A DNA stretch of 64,000 nt. Source: Bacteroidia bacterium (GTDB lineage: Bacteria > Bacteroidota > Bacteroidia > NS11-12g > UBA955). A program made the position numbers and the translations under genes. The notes beneath the pieces are model-generated. The model saw only the letters and a program-made list of their open reading frames with translations. It did not search any database and was not told where the DNA came from. Shown here one piece after another: positions 47,776 through 57,840 of the stretch (its first letter is position 1; every line of letters starts with the position of its first letter). The stretch spans positions 16,999 through 80,998 of the forward strand of contig JBIISM010000010.1 of NCBI GenBank assembly GCA_044341025.1. Direction: 5' to 3'.

Positions 47776-49305
47776 ATGCTCAATGCATCGATATTTAAAA
47801 AGAACATGTACAAACGTGTTCTTTTTTTTTATGCTCTAATTTTTGTTTTTACAAACTCCGCTTTCTCTGCCACGGTCTTTAATGTCAACGAGCAATGCCT
47901 TAAAGCTCAAAATTTGATTTTTGAACTTAAATTTGACGAGGCCGAAAAGATTTTACAATCTGAAGGCCAATTAAACAAGGAAAATATTGCCGTTCCGTGG
48001 CTCTCTGAATCCATCCTGTTTTTAAAGCTGTTCATTTCTGAGGATGCTGAACTTTATGAAAAATCAAATAAGAATTGGTCAAATCTAATCTCTCAAACTG
48101 AAGAATATTCTTTTAACAATGCTTGGTACCGACATGTTTTATCTGATATGTTTATCCACAGGGCACTTATCAGATTAAAATTCAATGAAAATTTTTCTGC
48201 TGCTACTGATATTCAAACTGCATTTAAATATTTAAAGGAAAACAAGAAAATGTTTCCTTCCTTTTTAGCTGATAACAAAAATTACGGATTGTTATGCTGC
48301 GCCTTTAGTTCAGTGCCATCAAAATACCAATGGCTGGCTAAAATGATAGGCTTTGAGGGTGATATGCAAACGGGCTTAAAAGAAATTGAACTGTATTTAA
48401 AAAGTGATCAAACCTACAAAGAGCATGCTTGTATGAGGTTGGAAGCTGCCTTTATATATGGAATGATACAACACCATTTAAATAAAAACTCCAATATTGC
48501 ATGGTCAACGATTGAACCTTTAACACGCAACTTTAAAAGCCATTTGCTGCAAAATTACATGCGTGCCGTAATTGCGGGCTATAACGGTATGAATGATGAC
48601 ATGATTGATGTTTTAAAAAGTAAGCCACCATATCAAAACGCTTATCCATTTTATTACATGGACTTTATGTTGGGGCTGGCAAAAATGCGAAGACTCGATG
48701 CAGATGCAGATTTGTATTTCAAGATATTTACAGTGAAATACAAAGGCAAGAATTACCTTAAGTGTGCCTACAGAAATTTGTCATGGTTGTGTCAACTCAA
48801 AAATGATGATAATGGCGCTAAAACTTATTATTCGTTGGCTTCCAAAAAAGGGATAGCAGCAATTGAAGAAGATAAGCATGCCCAAAGTGAAGCTGAAGAA
48901 AATATTTTTTGGCCGGCCGATGTACTCAAATCTAGGTTGCTTTTTGATGGCAAATACTACGTTTTGGCAATGAAAACAATTAAGTCTATCGATGAAAATA
49001 AATTAAACCATATCCGTTTTAAATTAGAAGTGATCTATAGAAAGGCTCGAATTCAGCACGAAATAGGCAATCTCGATGAATCCATTGTATTGTATCAAAA
49101 TGTAATTGAACAAGGTGCTAAAAAGAAGTATTATTATGCGGCTTATTCTGCACTTCAAATTGGATTTATATATGAGAAAAAAAATAAGTTTGATCTTGCT
49201 AAAATATATTTCGAAAAAGCGAAGAAAAATTTCCCGGACAATAAGGAATATACCAATAGTATAGAGCAGAAGGCGAAAGCAGGACTTAAAAGAATTGGAA
49301 AATAA
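47776..49305 (+). CDS. secreted TPR-like hypothetical protein
   Basis: A signal peptide is followed by a helical repeat composition. Confidence 0.45.
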   Translation: MLNASIFKKNMYKRVLFFYALIFVFTNSAFSATVFNVNEQCLKAQNLIFELKFDEAEKILQSEGQLNKENIAVPWLSESILFLKLFISEDAELYEKSNKNWSNLISQTEEYSFNNAWYRHVLSDMFIHRALIRLKFNENFSAATDIQTAFKYLKENKKMFPSFLADNKNYGLLCCAFSSVPSKYQWLAKMIGFEGDMQTGLKEIELYLKSDQTYKEHACMRLEAAFIYGMIQHHLNKNSNIAWSTIEPLTRNFKSHLLQNYMRAVIAGYNGMNDDMIDVLKSKPPYQNAYPFYYMDFMLGLAKMRRLDADADLYFKIFTVKYKGKNYLKCAYRNLSWLCQLKNDDNGAKTYYSLASKKGIAAIEEDKHAQSEAEENIFWPADVLKSRLLFDGKYYVLAMKTIKSIDENKLNHIRFKLEVIYRKARIQHEIGNLDESIVLYQNVIEQGAKKKYYYAAYSALQIGFIYEKKNKFDLAKIYFEKAKKNFPDNKEYTNSIEQKAKAGLKRIGK

Positions 49306-49307
49306 AA

Positions 49308-49345
49308 AAACGGATATTTCAGTTCAGAAATACCCGTTTAATTGT
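49308..49345 (+). terminator. putative rho-independent terminator (imperfect hairpin CGGATATTTC/GAAATACCCG followed by a T-tract)
   Basis: Read from the sequence, 3 nt after the stop of the 47776-49305 gene. Confidence 0.4.
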
Positions 49346-49885
49346 TATTGTGTGTTTTCGTGTTACTCTGTTTTGACCAGCATGGTTTTGTAAAGGGTTT
49401 TGTTGTTGCTTATCACATTTAAGTAGTAAATTCCTGAACCGTGATGGCAAAAAATACCGCGAATAAAAGTAAGGTTTTAACTTGGCAAAAATCAGTAAAA
49501 CCGATTTTGCGATTTTCTTTTCTTGAGTAATTTTTCTTATTCATGATTTGTGTATTTTGTGTGTAAATAAAGCCCTAAATGCCTGTTATTCAGTGGCATA
49601 TACAAGGTTTCTTCTCCCTTTGAGTATAAAAACTTATGTATTGTAACAAGCATATATTCAATTTCATACTTGTCTCCAATAAAACAAATGTTTTTTGTTA
49701 TTAATAGCTTAAAGCTCTGTAAATCAAAATGAAAAAAAATATTTACAGCAGTTATTTTCAGCCGATTTTTCCATAGTTCCGAAATATTCTAGATTTTATA
49801 TATTTGCTCTAGCCATGTTTTAGTGATAATATTTAAACTATTTTAAATTATACAAAATAATTGTATTTCACCCTTCGAAACAACA

Positions 49886-49916
49886 TAAAAAAAGCACCCT
49901 TTTGAGGTGCTTTTAA
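49886..49916. terminator. bidirectional rho-independent terminator (AGCACC-CTTTTGA-GGTGCT flanked by an A7 tract and a T4 tract)
   Basis: A perfect 6-bp stem lies immediately after the stop of the minus-strand lipoprotein gene. On the minus strand the stem is followed by T7. Confidence 0.55.
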
Positions 49917-49930
49917 TTCAAAAGATTTTT

Positions 49931-50485
49931 TTATTGGATTCGACAATTGAATTCTATTTCAATGTCGGTTTCGCCCAATGCTGGGTCTCCATTTTTGATT
50001 CCAGGCTGATGTTTTAGTGTTGTTTTTACTTTCCCATTCCCAGAGGCAATTGCCTTCCAAATGCTTTTTAGTCCAATTGCTAATCCATTATTGTCACTAT
50101 CCGAGGGCATGATATTTAAATTTAAGTTTGTAATTGTGTAGACCAATAAATGGTCTTCTCCCTCTTTTAAAACTTCAATACTTATGGTGTCTGTCTCCGC
50201 CTTGCTTTCGTCCAACATAAGTACTTCGAAAGCATAACTGTGGCCGCTTTTCAGTATGATGCTGTCAAATTGTGTTGGGGCATTTCCTCCTTCGCCATCT
50301 TGATCCCTAAATTTAAATGATTCAACTTGCCCTGTGGCACTGTCTTTTGCATTTAAAATTAAAGTGGTAATTAATTCGCCCTCATTTATAGGAGGTACAT
50401 TGGGTTTTGGGTCTTTTTTACACGATTGTAAAAAGGCTAAGCCTAAAATTAATCCTGTACTGAGTAATTTAATTGATTTGTTCAT
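49931..50485 (-). CDS. hypothetical lipoprotein
   Basis: A signal peptide with a lipobox (LAFLQSC) is present. It lies immediately downstream of the TonB-dependent receptor. Confidence 0.5.
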   Translation of the reverse strand: MNKSIKLLSTGLILGLAFLQSCKKDPKPNVPPINEGELITTLILNAKDSATGQVESFKFRDQDGEGGNAPTQFDSIILKSGHSYAFEVLMLDESKAETDTISIEVLKEGEDHLLVYTITNLNLNIMPSDSDNNGLAIGLKSIWKAIASGNGKVKTTLKHQPGIKNGDPALGETDIEIEFNCRIQ

Positions 50486-50501
50486 TTTTGTTTTTTTTTG
50501 T

Positions 50502-52781
50502 TTAATTAATAATCATGGCGAGTCTTGCCGATATATTGACACCCATTTCATCTGTAAAATATCTAAATCGATTGAGATAGTTTCTATAGCTTTTGTTGCT
50601 CAAGTTGTAGCCATTCAAACCAAATTTAAAATCCTTTTTAAACAATGTAAAGGCATAGTTTATATCGCATCCGATCAAAATATAGGCGGGCGGGGGAGCT
50701 AAGTAATCGCTTCCCTCAAGATATCTGGTTTGTTTGGCTTGATAGTCTGCCCAAATTTCAGCCTTGAAATTGTTTTTACCATAAGCAATACTCAACTTAC
50801 TGTTCACCGCAGGCATCATGTTCAAGGGGGTGTTCTTGTCTAAATTTTGTCCGAACGGAACTTGCAAAACGAGTAAACTATGGAAGTCTTTTGAAAGCTG
50901 GTATTTCCATCTGGCATTTAAGCCGTACAGAGCAACCTTGTTTTGTTGGTAGACAAATACCGGGTAAGCCCCGCGGATGGTCAATAGGCTCGTGTTGCTT
51001 GGTGTTAAATTTATATATCCCGAAATTCTTTGGTAGAATACCTCTGCTTCAAAGCGATGTTTCTTACTGCTATGGGTGAAAGTAAGCGATTGTCCAATTG
51101 ATCTTTCCTTATGCAGACTGCTGTCTCCAATTTCTATGCTTGCCAATCCTTGGTGCAGTCCGTTGGCATATAACTCATTTACACCCGGTGGCCTCCAAGT
51201 TGACGAATGAATCAGACTTAGTTTTTGTTTTTCATTTATGCTGTATTCTGCTTTTAGAACATAGGCCAATCCTTTGTAATTTAACTGACTTTGGTTTGAA
51301 ACATTGCCTCGCCATCTGAAAATTTCAAATTGTTTTTGGTCAAACCGCACAGAACCTTCAATGCTTGTTTTTTTGAGATTTTTGGTGGCTACAACAAATC
51401 CTGCAATACTTTTTTGGTAAAATCCTGGGATGAAAAAACGCCCTGTATAGGCATTCGATTGGTGCAAACCGACTGCACCTGCTTTCCAATTGATTTGATG
51501 AAAATTGGTTTTAGTCCACAAGAGTTCCGCAATGCTGCTGCTGATATAATAATCGAATGAAGGGCCTTTGAAAGAATTGCTAGAGCGCAAGACATCATAT
51601 TCTTCTCTGTGGTTTTTTTGATAAGACAGGCTTAAGTCTAATTTGTTTTTGGCGTTAATTTGATAGGAATTCCTAAATACCAGCAAGCGATGGGTTACCA
51701 ATTGGTAAGGTCTGTCTATCCGGTAAGAAAACTTGGACTTAATTAAAGGTGTTTGGCTGCGCATAGCAAGTTCTAAATCGGATAAATTCCCTACTTGAGC
51801 CCCTGTATAGATGCCAATTTGGTTGTGAAATTCACTGTAAAACAGTTCGGTCCTGAATGCATTTTTTTGAAATCCGAGGTTTATAGAGTAATTGCGCTCG
51901 CTAAATCCAGTATTGGCAATAAAACTATTGGCTGTTTTTGTATTGCCTGCTTGCTTAATGCTGCCTTGCACACGAAAGTATATGGGAATCTTCCGGCTCA
52001 ATAGGCTTCCCAAGATGATATTCCCTATGGCAGCTCTGCCATTTGAATTGCCAATGGTATTGATTTCACCGTTTAACTTTTTTGGTTTTTCACTGAATAT
52101 GCTTTTGGGTTTAATAAGTATTACGCCACCGATTCCGTCTGCTCCATAACGCAGCGATTCAGCCCCTTTTATTAATTCAATTTCAGAGGCTAAAAAGGCA
52201 TCTATCTCTGGAGCGTGCTCCATACCCCAATTCTGACCTTCTTGACGCACGCCATTGTTGATCAGAATAACCCTATTGCCAAACAAACCATTGACCATTG
52301 GTTTGCTTACTGTATGGCCAGTTTTCAATAAATTTATTCCCGCAATATCTTGCATTAAAGATGAAATGCTTTGGCCTTTCCTCTTTTCGAGGTCTTTGCT
52401 GTTTAGGTTGTTTTGGTCACTTGCTTTGTCGATTCTTGAGTTTAATTTAAAACCAATCAATTCTTTTTCTATATGTTTTAAATGAATTGTAATCGTTGTG
52501 TCAGCTGTCAAATTTAAAGTAAAATGAAAGTGCTCGCAGTTTAAATGGCTCACATGTATTTCGTATAATCCTGGGCACAGACCAAGAAGACTATAATATC
52601 CGTTGTTATTGGTCTTACTTTCTTTCTTTAGTGCTTCAATCGAAACCAAGGTGTTGCGGAGGTGGCTGTTCTCAAAGCTGTCGATTACCAACCCCGTGAT
52701 TTTAAGGGTACAATTCTTATTTTCAGCATTCAAATAATGGAATGCCATCAGCCCTAAGGCCATTAATACTATTTTTTTCAA
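50502..52781 (-). CDS. TonB-dependent outer-membrane receptor with an N-terminal carboxypeptidase-regulatory-like domain
   Basis: A signal peptide, a plug domain (KGAESLRYGADGIGGVILIKPK) and a long beta-barrel region are present. Confidence 0.8.
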   Translation of the reverse strand: MKKIVLMALGLMAFHYLNAENKNCTLKITGLVIDSFENSHLRNTLVSIEALKKESKTNNNGYYSLLGLCPGLYEIHVSHLNCEHFHFTLNLTADTTITIHLKHIEKELIGFKLNSRIDKASDQNNLNSKDLEKRKGQSISSLMQDIAGINLLKTGHTVSKPMVNGLFGNRVILINNGVRQEGQNWGMEHAPEIDAFLASEIELIKGAESLRYGADGIGGVILIKPKSIFSEKPKKLNGEINTIGNSNGRAAIGNIILGSLLSRKIPIYFRVQGSIKQAGNTKTANSFIANTGFSERNYSINLGFQKNAFRTELFYSEFHNQIGIYTGAQVGNLSDLELAMRSQTPLIKSKFSYRIDRPYQLVTHRLLVFRNSYQINAKNKLDLSLSYQKNHREEYDVLRSSNSFKGPSFDYYISSSIAELLWTKTNFHQINWKAGAVGLHQSNAYTGRFFIPGFYQKSIAGFVVATKNLKKTSIEGSVRFDQKQFEIFRWRGNVSNQSQLNYKGLAYVLKAEYSINEKQKLSLIHSSTWRPPGVNELYANGLHQGLASIEIGDSSLHKERSIGQSLTFTHSSKKHRFEAEVFYQRISGYINLTPSNTSLLTIRGAYPVFVYQQNKVALYGLNARWKYQLSKDFHSLLVLQVPFGQNLDKNTPLNMMPAVNSKLSIAYGKNNFKAEIWADYQAKQTRYLEGSDYLAPPPAYILIGCDINYAFTLFKKDFKFGLNGYNLSNKSYRNYLNRFRYFTDEMGVNISARLAMIIN

Positions 52782-52870
52782 TTGGTTTGAATTGATTTAA
52801 CCAAAGGTCTAAAGTCCTTTGGTTTGTTGTAAATAAAGTTTGATTGTCGTTTTTCTATGCTTAAAGCATA

Positions 52871-53179
52871 CTAAGACAAAACAGGGGGACCTTTATTTGC
52901 AAAACTCCAATGGTATCTCTGGGGAGTTATATCAATTTTATTTTGAAGATAGGTGTTAAAAATCTCCTTACCATTTTCAAAGATTAAATCTTCTGTTGGT
53001 ATAAAACTGTGAAATTGTAAATCACATAAATAACAATGGGCATGAGGGTTCTCTATAGTGGCACTTTCGTGGCTATGGTTTAAATTGCTGCAATTGTGCA
53101 GGGATTGAATAGGGGTGCTGTATGCCAAGACCAATCCTAGCATAATAAAGGTAAGGATATGTTTTTGTATCCTTTTCAA
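52871..53179 (-). CDS. small secreted His/Cys-rich protein (putative metal-binding)
   Basis: A signal peptide is followed by HNCSNLNHSHESATIENPHAHCYLCDLQFH. Confidence 0.4.
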   Translation of the reverse strand: MKRIQKHILTFIMLGLVLAYSTPIQSLHNCSNLNHSHESATIENPHAHCYLCDLQFHSFIPTEDLIFENGKEIFNTYLQNKIDITPQRYHWSFANKGPPVLS

Positions 53180-53186
53180 TTGAAAA

Positions 53187-53510
53187 TTAAGCGGCTGTCA
53201 TGTTGTTGGCAATCTCTCTGATCTCGTCTCTATTGTACTTGTTGTCGCTTTTGGCGTACAATGAAACCAAGTAACTTAGATTTTCTTCAACCTCTTCGCT
53301 GTCTTCTAGGGTTTGGAATTCCCAACCACTATTAGACTCTAAATGTTCATTAACCAATCGGATTGAGCGGGTAATTAATGGGTCTTGTTCAAGTTTAGCC
53401 ATCTCTCTTAACTCTGTGAACATAGGGACCAAATTTGCTACCTTAACGCTATTGGTTTCTATTTCTTTGATGATCTTTTCGATCAATTCATTTGCTTTTG
53501 AACTTTTCAT
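53187..53510 (-). CDS. small acidic hypothetical protein
   Basis: A 107-aa ORF in the same orientation as its neighbours. Confidence 0.4.
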   Translation of the reverse strand: MKSSKANELIEKIIKEIETNSVKVANLVPMFTELREMAKLEQDPLITRSIRLVNEHLESNSGWEFQTLEDSEEVEENLSYLVSLYAKSDNKYNRDEIREIANNMTAA

Positions 53511-53618
53511 ATCTCAGATTGCAAAGTAAGGCAAATTTAATGAATGATAAAAGTGGAAAATAGCCAAAAAAAAACCATCAACTTTGGTTGATGGTTTTTT
53601 ATAATATTTTTGGGATTG

Positions 53619-54374
53619 TTATTGAACGCTAACTTTGCTTGTGCTGATAATGTCGCCATTAACAACTCTTACCATGTAAATTCCTTTAGCATAGTTTGCT
53701 GAGTTAATTTCAAATTCGTTAGCATTAGCTTTAGTTTCAGAATAAACAACACGACCATTCATGTCTGTGATGGTTATTTGAACATCTGCTTTGGTGTCAA
53801 TTGCATTTAAGGCAATTGTAAAGCTGCTGATTGCTGGGTTAGGATAAACAGACATGTTGTTTGTGTATACGCTGTTTACAGATACGCCCCAACCTTGTTG
53901 GTTAAAGAAAACTATAGGGTTTACTTTCACATTGTTTGCGTTGGTAGCTGAAGTTTCAGGAGTGATAGGGTCAGCTCCAGTAAATCTTCTAACTTCAGAA
54001 TATGCTTGGAAACTGCAGTTGAAAGAGAAATTAGCTTTTACAGGCGCAGTTAAAGAACCTTTCCAGTGAATGGTATCACCAGGAGCCATTGTTTTTCCTA
54101 CCGCTTTTAATACGATTTGTGTTGAACTTGGGTAAGCAAAAATCAAGGTGCTGCCAGAAAAACAAACCATTTGCAAAGCCATAGTATCATCTGCTTTTAC
54201 TGTTCCAGCACCATTGTTTTTCAAAACAATATGGTAGTTGAAAGTAGTTCCAGTTGATGAGCTTCTTAATTCGGTTGGTGCGTTGATAGAAACTACAGAC
54301 CAATCAATTGTTCTAGCAGAGAAACCTAAGCTTGCAACCATTGCAAAACTTAAAGTTAGTAAAATTTTTTTCAT
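53619..54374 (-). CDS. secreted protein with a T9SS C-terminal sorting domain
   Basis: A signal peptide and a C-terminal VYPNPAISSFTIAL...GIYMVRVVNGD are present. Confidence 0.65.
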   Translation of the reverse strand: MKKILLTLSFAMVASLGFSARTIDWSVVSINAPTELRSSSTGTTFNYHIVLKNNGAGTVKADDTMALQMVCFSGSTLIFAYPSSTQIVLKAVGKTMAPGDTIHWKGSLTAPVKANFSFNCSFQAYSEVRRFTGADPITPETSATNANNVKVNPIVFFNQQGWGVSVNSVYTNNMSVYPNPAISSFTIALNAIDTKADVQITITDMNGRVVYSETKANANEFEINSANYAKGIYMVRVVNGDIISTSKVSVQ

Positions 54375-54418
54375 TGTATTTTTATTTAATATCTTACTAC
54401 AAATGTATCATTTTCAAT

Positions 54419-57388
54419 TTAATCGAGCAAGACATTCAGTGTATCTTCCTCTAAATTGTTTACAAAATGAACTTCTGTGTCTAAAATATCGTCCGAAACC
54501 TTTTGCTTTTTCTCTTGCAAATTGACAATTTTCTCTTCAATGCTGTCTTTGGTGATGAATTTGTATACAAATACGGGTTTGTCTTGTCCTATTCTATGTG
54601 TTCTGTCCATAGCTTGCCTTTCAACCGCTGGATTCCACCAAGGGTCTAATAAAAACACGTAGTCTGCCGCTGTCAAATTCAATCCTGTTCCCCCAGCCTT
54701 TAAAGAAATCAAAAAGATGGCTGCCTCATTGCCTGTCTGAAATCTGTCTACCAGTCTCTTCCGCTCCAAAGCTGTAATATTCCCCGCAATGTAGTAATAA
54801 GGAATTCCTTGCCCATCCAAATGGGTTTTGATTAAGGCCAGATGTTGCACAAACTGCGAAAAAACCAGCACTTTATGGCCTGATGATACCACGTTGTTTA
54901 AGCTGTTGATGATCTCGTCAAATTTGCCAGAAACTCCCGAGTAATCAGATTCTGCCAATATTGGATGGTTTGCAATTTGTCTTAATTTAATCAATCCATT
55001 CAATATCAATAAATTTGATTTTTTAAATCCATTCTCTTGAATGGAATCCAACAATTCATTCCTAAACAAGGATTTGATGCTTTCATATTTTTGCTTCTGT
55101 TCTTCTGACATTACACATAAGACAATCTTCTCAGTTTTGCTTGGTAAATCAGAGGCAACCTGTTCTTTGGTTCTTCTTAATATAAATGGTCGAACGATGT
55201 CTTTTAAACGCTTGGTGTCTTCTTCATTGCCTTCTTTTTCAATAGAACTGACAAACTTTTTGCTGAAGTAATTAAAATTACCCAAAATTCCAGGGTTTAA
55301 AAAGTTAATTTGACTCCATAAATCGGTGATGCTGTTTTCAACTGGTGTGCCCGTCATTACAATCTTATGCCTTGCTCTGAGCTGGTTAACCGAAGCAGCG
55401 GTTTGTGAACTAGGGTTTTTTATGGCCTGCGACTCATCCAAAACAATGGCATTGAATTCGATTTTTGAAAATAAGTCAATGTCATTCCGAACTGTTCCAT
55501 AACTGCTTACAACTATGTCATATAGCTTACAAGCTTCTTTTATATGGCGTGTTCGATTAAAGCCTGTATGGACATATACTTTTAAATTGCTGTATTTCTT
55601 TGCCTCGCTTAACCAATTGTATATAAGTGAGGTAGGCACCACCACCAAACTGCAGGAATGGGTTTCTTGCTTTTTACTTTCTTCTGCATTTTCTGTGTTT
55701 ACTTTATTGAATAAGTTAAGTTGATTCCTTATCGCGGCTTCTTGCACCGCTGTATGCCCGGATATTGGAATTGGCTCACAAGTTTCTTTTCTATACTGTA
55801 AATAGGTTAAAACCTGTATCGTTTTACCCAAGCCCATGTCGTCGGCCAAGCATGCACCGAAATGCTGTTCATTCATATAGCGAAGCCAGTTGTAACCTTC
55901 TATTTGGTATGGCCTTAAAGTGGCTTTTATGCCTTTTGGTAAAGGATAATTATTGCTCTTGTCGAATGGCACAATGTTTTCTGAACTGGACATTTCGTCT
56001 TCTTCAAATATCCCTTCAAGCAATCCGAAATGGTATTTTTTTATTTGCAAATGGTTTGCCCGCTGATCGGCAAAATCGAATAAACTCGAAAAGCGCGTAA
56101 ACCACTCTTCTGGTATAATCGCAATGCTGCCATCAGGTAATTCAAACTCTCTGTTTCCGCTTAAGATGTATTGCTTCAGCTTTATAAACGGAATCTCAAA
56201 TTGACCAAACTTTACCACCGCTTCCAAATCAAACCAATCTTTGTTCTTGGAAATCTTAAACGACACATTGCTGTCGCCGATATGGTAACTGCGGCTCAAA
56301 GTGCTTTGGTCTATCACCATACCTTGTTCTTTTATCTCAGTTCTGTTTCTATTTAATAGTGAAATCAGACTCTCTCGACTGTTTTCTGGAATAAACAAAG
56401 ATCCTTCATGCACTTTTAAGCCCATTTTGCTCAAAACATTGACAATGATATTTTCCCATTGTTTCGAACGCTTTACCCTGTGAAATATATAATTATCGCC
56501 TTTTTTTTCTAAAGAAACCGAAACCATTTTCTGCGAATGGTAGGGGAACTGGTAGGGGCCGTAATTAAAATACAAACCCGCACACAAGCCTTTGTCGCCA
56601 AAACTTGTAAGTTTTAAAATAGGGTAGGCACGGTATTGTTCCGACTTTATCTCAAATCCTTCAGCGTATACATCGTAGTTTTCGACCAAGGGTTTTACAA
56701 ATTTCTCAAAATACACCCCTTCGCTTTGTCTAGGAATGCTGATGAATTTTTTCAATAAAAACGGCTTTATCTTATTGCCGTCTGTGTCTTTTTTAAATGT
56801 AATTAACTGCCTGTTGCACAGCAACCAAGCTGGTTCGTGGATAATCAACTCGCTATCGTTCTGGCTAAAACTGATTTTTTGATCACCCAATTTGATGGTC
56901 GCAAAATAATTGGTACCCACATCCGAACGTCTGAAATGAAACAATATACCTGCTTTCTCTTCGGCGATGTGTATTCGGGTGTGTGTAAAGTTTTTGTCTT
57001 TGCCCAAAAATAATTTCTGAGAGCCTAAGCGCTCCAATACTTTTAATATCCGCTTTTCTATAAAAGGGCGAATTTTAGCATGTATTTCTGGTGTGTAGTG
57101 TTTGCTGAAAAAATCAACCGAGCGAATCGGTTTCTTGCTCGGATAAAACTTTTTAATTAACGCATCGGGCTCGGTCTCGTCCAATATTTTTATCAAATCG
57201 GAGGTCTCCTTGTCGGCACCAAAATCTTTGGCGGTATTGTGGTGGACCTTCTGGCTCAGCAAACTGTAATACCCATTCGGCATCAACTGCACAGCAATCG
57301 ACTCAAGCAAATACCCCAGATGCGGGTGCTTGTACAAGCTGAAAACCATTTCAAATGGTTCTTTAGTATTTACACGGATGTTTCCCAT
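54419..57388 (-). CDS. SNF2-family helicase with a ~480-aa N-terminal domain of unknown function
   Basis: DDMGLGKTIQ, VLDESQAIKN, MTGTPVEN and a helicase-C region (HRIGQDKPVFVYKFI) are present. Confidence 0.8.
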   Translation of the reverse strand: MGNIRVNTKEPFEMVFSLYKHPHLGYLLESIAVQLMPNGYYSLLSQKVHHNTAKDFGADKETSDLIKILDETEPDALIKKFYPSKKPIRSVDFFSKHYTPEIHAKIRPFIEKRILKVLERLGSQKLFLGKDKNFTHTRIHIAEEKAGILFHFRRSDVGTNYFATIKLGDQKISFSQNDSELIIHEPAWLLCNRQLITFKKDTDGNKIKPFLLKKFISIPRQSEGVYFEKFVKPLVENYDVYAEGFEIKSEQYRAYPILKLTSFGDKGLCAGLYFNYGPYQFPYHSQKMVSVSLEKKGDNYIFHRVKRSKQWENIIVNVLSKMGLKVHEGSLFIPENSRESLISLLNRNRTEIKEQGMVIDQSTLSRSYHIGDSNVSFKISKNKDWFDLEAVVKFGQFEIPFIKLKQYILSGNREFELPDGSIAIIPEEWFTRFSSLFDFADQRANHLQIKKYHFGLLEGIFEEDEMSSSENIVPFDKSNNYPLPKGIKATLRPYQIEGYNWLRYMNEQHFGACLADDMGLGKTIQVLTYLQYRKETCEPIPISGHTAVQEAAIRNQLNLFNKVNTENAEESKKQETHSCSLVVVPTSLIYNWLSEAKKYSNLKVYVHTGFNRTRHIKEACKLYDIVVSSYGTVRNDIDLFSKIEFNAIVLDESQAIKNPSSQTAASVNQLRARHKIVMTGTPVENSITDLWSQINFLNPGILGNFNYFSKKFVSSIEKEGNEEDTKRLKDIVRPFILRRTKEQVASDLPSKTEKIVLCVMSEEQKQKYESIKSLFRNELLDSIQENGFKKSNLLILNGLIKLRQIANHPILAESDYSGVSGKFDEIINSLNNVVSSGHKVLVFSQFVQHLALIKTHLDGQGIPYYYIAGNITALERKRLVDRFQTGNEAAIFLISLKAGGTGLNLTAADYVFLLDPWWNPAVERQAMDRTHRIGQDKPVFVYKFITKDSIEEKIVNLQEKKQKVSDDILDTEVHFVNNLEEDTLNVLLD

Positions 57389-57480
57389 ATTCTAAACAGA
57401 ATATCTAGCAAAGGTAGGGTAAATTTTGATGGGCAAAACGGAGATAAGGGGATTTTTTAAAGATATTCTTAATCATAGAG

Positions 57481-57560
57481 GCTAGGGTCCCTGTAGCAGA
57501 GACTCCACTTCTTTACGTCACGCTACGGGATGAATCTAGCGCTAGGGTTTAGTTTTTTAG
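57481..57560. repeat. reverse-orientation hairpin core (57487-57532) flanked by GCTAGGG boxes and GGGTTTAGTTTTTT
   Basis: GGTCCCTGTAGCAGAGACTCCACTTCTTTACGTCACGCTACGGGATG is the reverse complement of the core at 57858-57904. Confidence 0.65.
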
Positions 57561-57665
57561 GAATAGTCAATGTTGCCCACTTACTTAGAGTTGCAATTCC
57601 TTTTCAATTTTATTTTATGCATTATGATTCATAAATAAATTTCTTTAAAATTAAATTCTCATTTA

Positions 57666-57824
57666 ACGAAATGCCTCGCCCCGATGGGAGCGGCAGCCCT
57701 GTGTAAATTTGTGACAATGCATAAGCGTGTATTGCTGGGCGCGCGGCAGTAAGCCAAGTAAAACACATGCTCATGCTGGCACAAAATCGCAGGCTAGAGC
57801 AAACAGCGGGAAAAAGCGACCACT
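57666..57824 (+). repeat. conserved ~158-nt element, copy 2 (candidate ncRNA, cis-regulatory leader or MITE interior)
   Basis: About 80% identical to 13737-13894. It lies 180 bp upstream of the aldehyde dehydrogenase gene, between inverted copies of the hairpin core. Confidence 0.55.
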
Positions 57825-57840
57825 GAAAAACGATTTCTCA

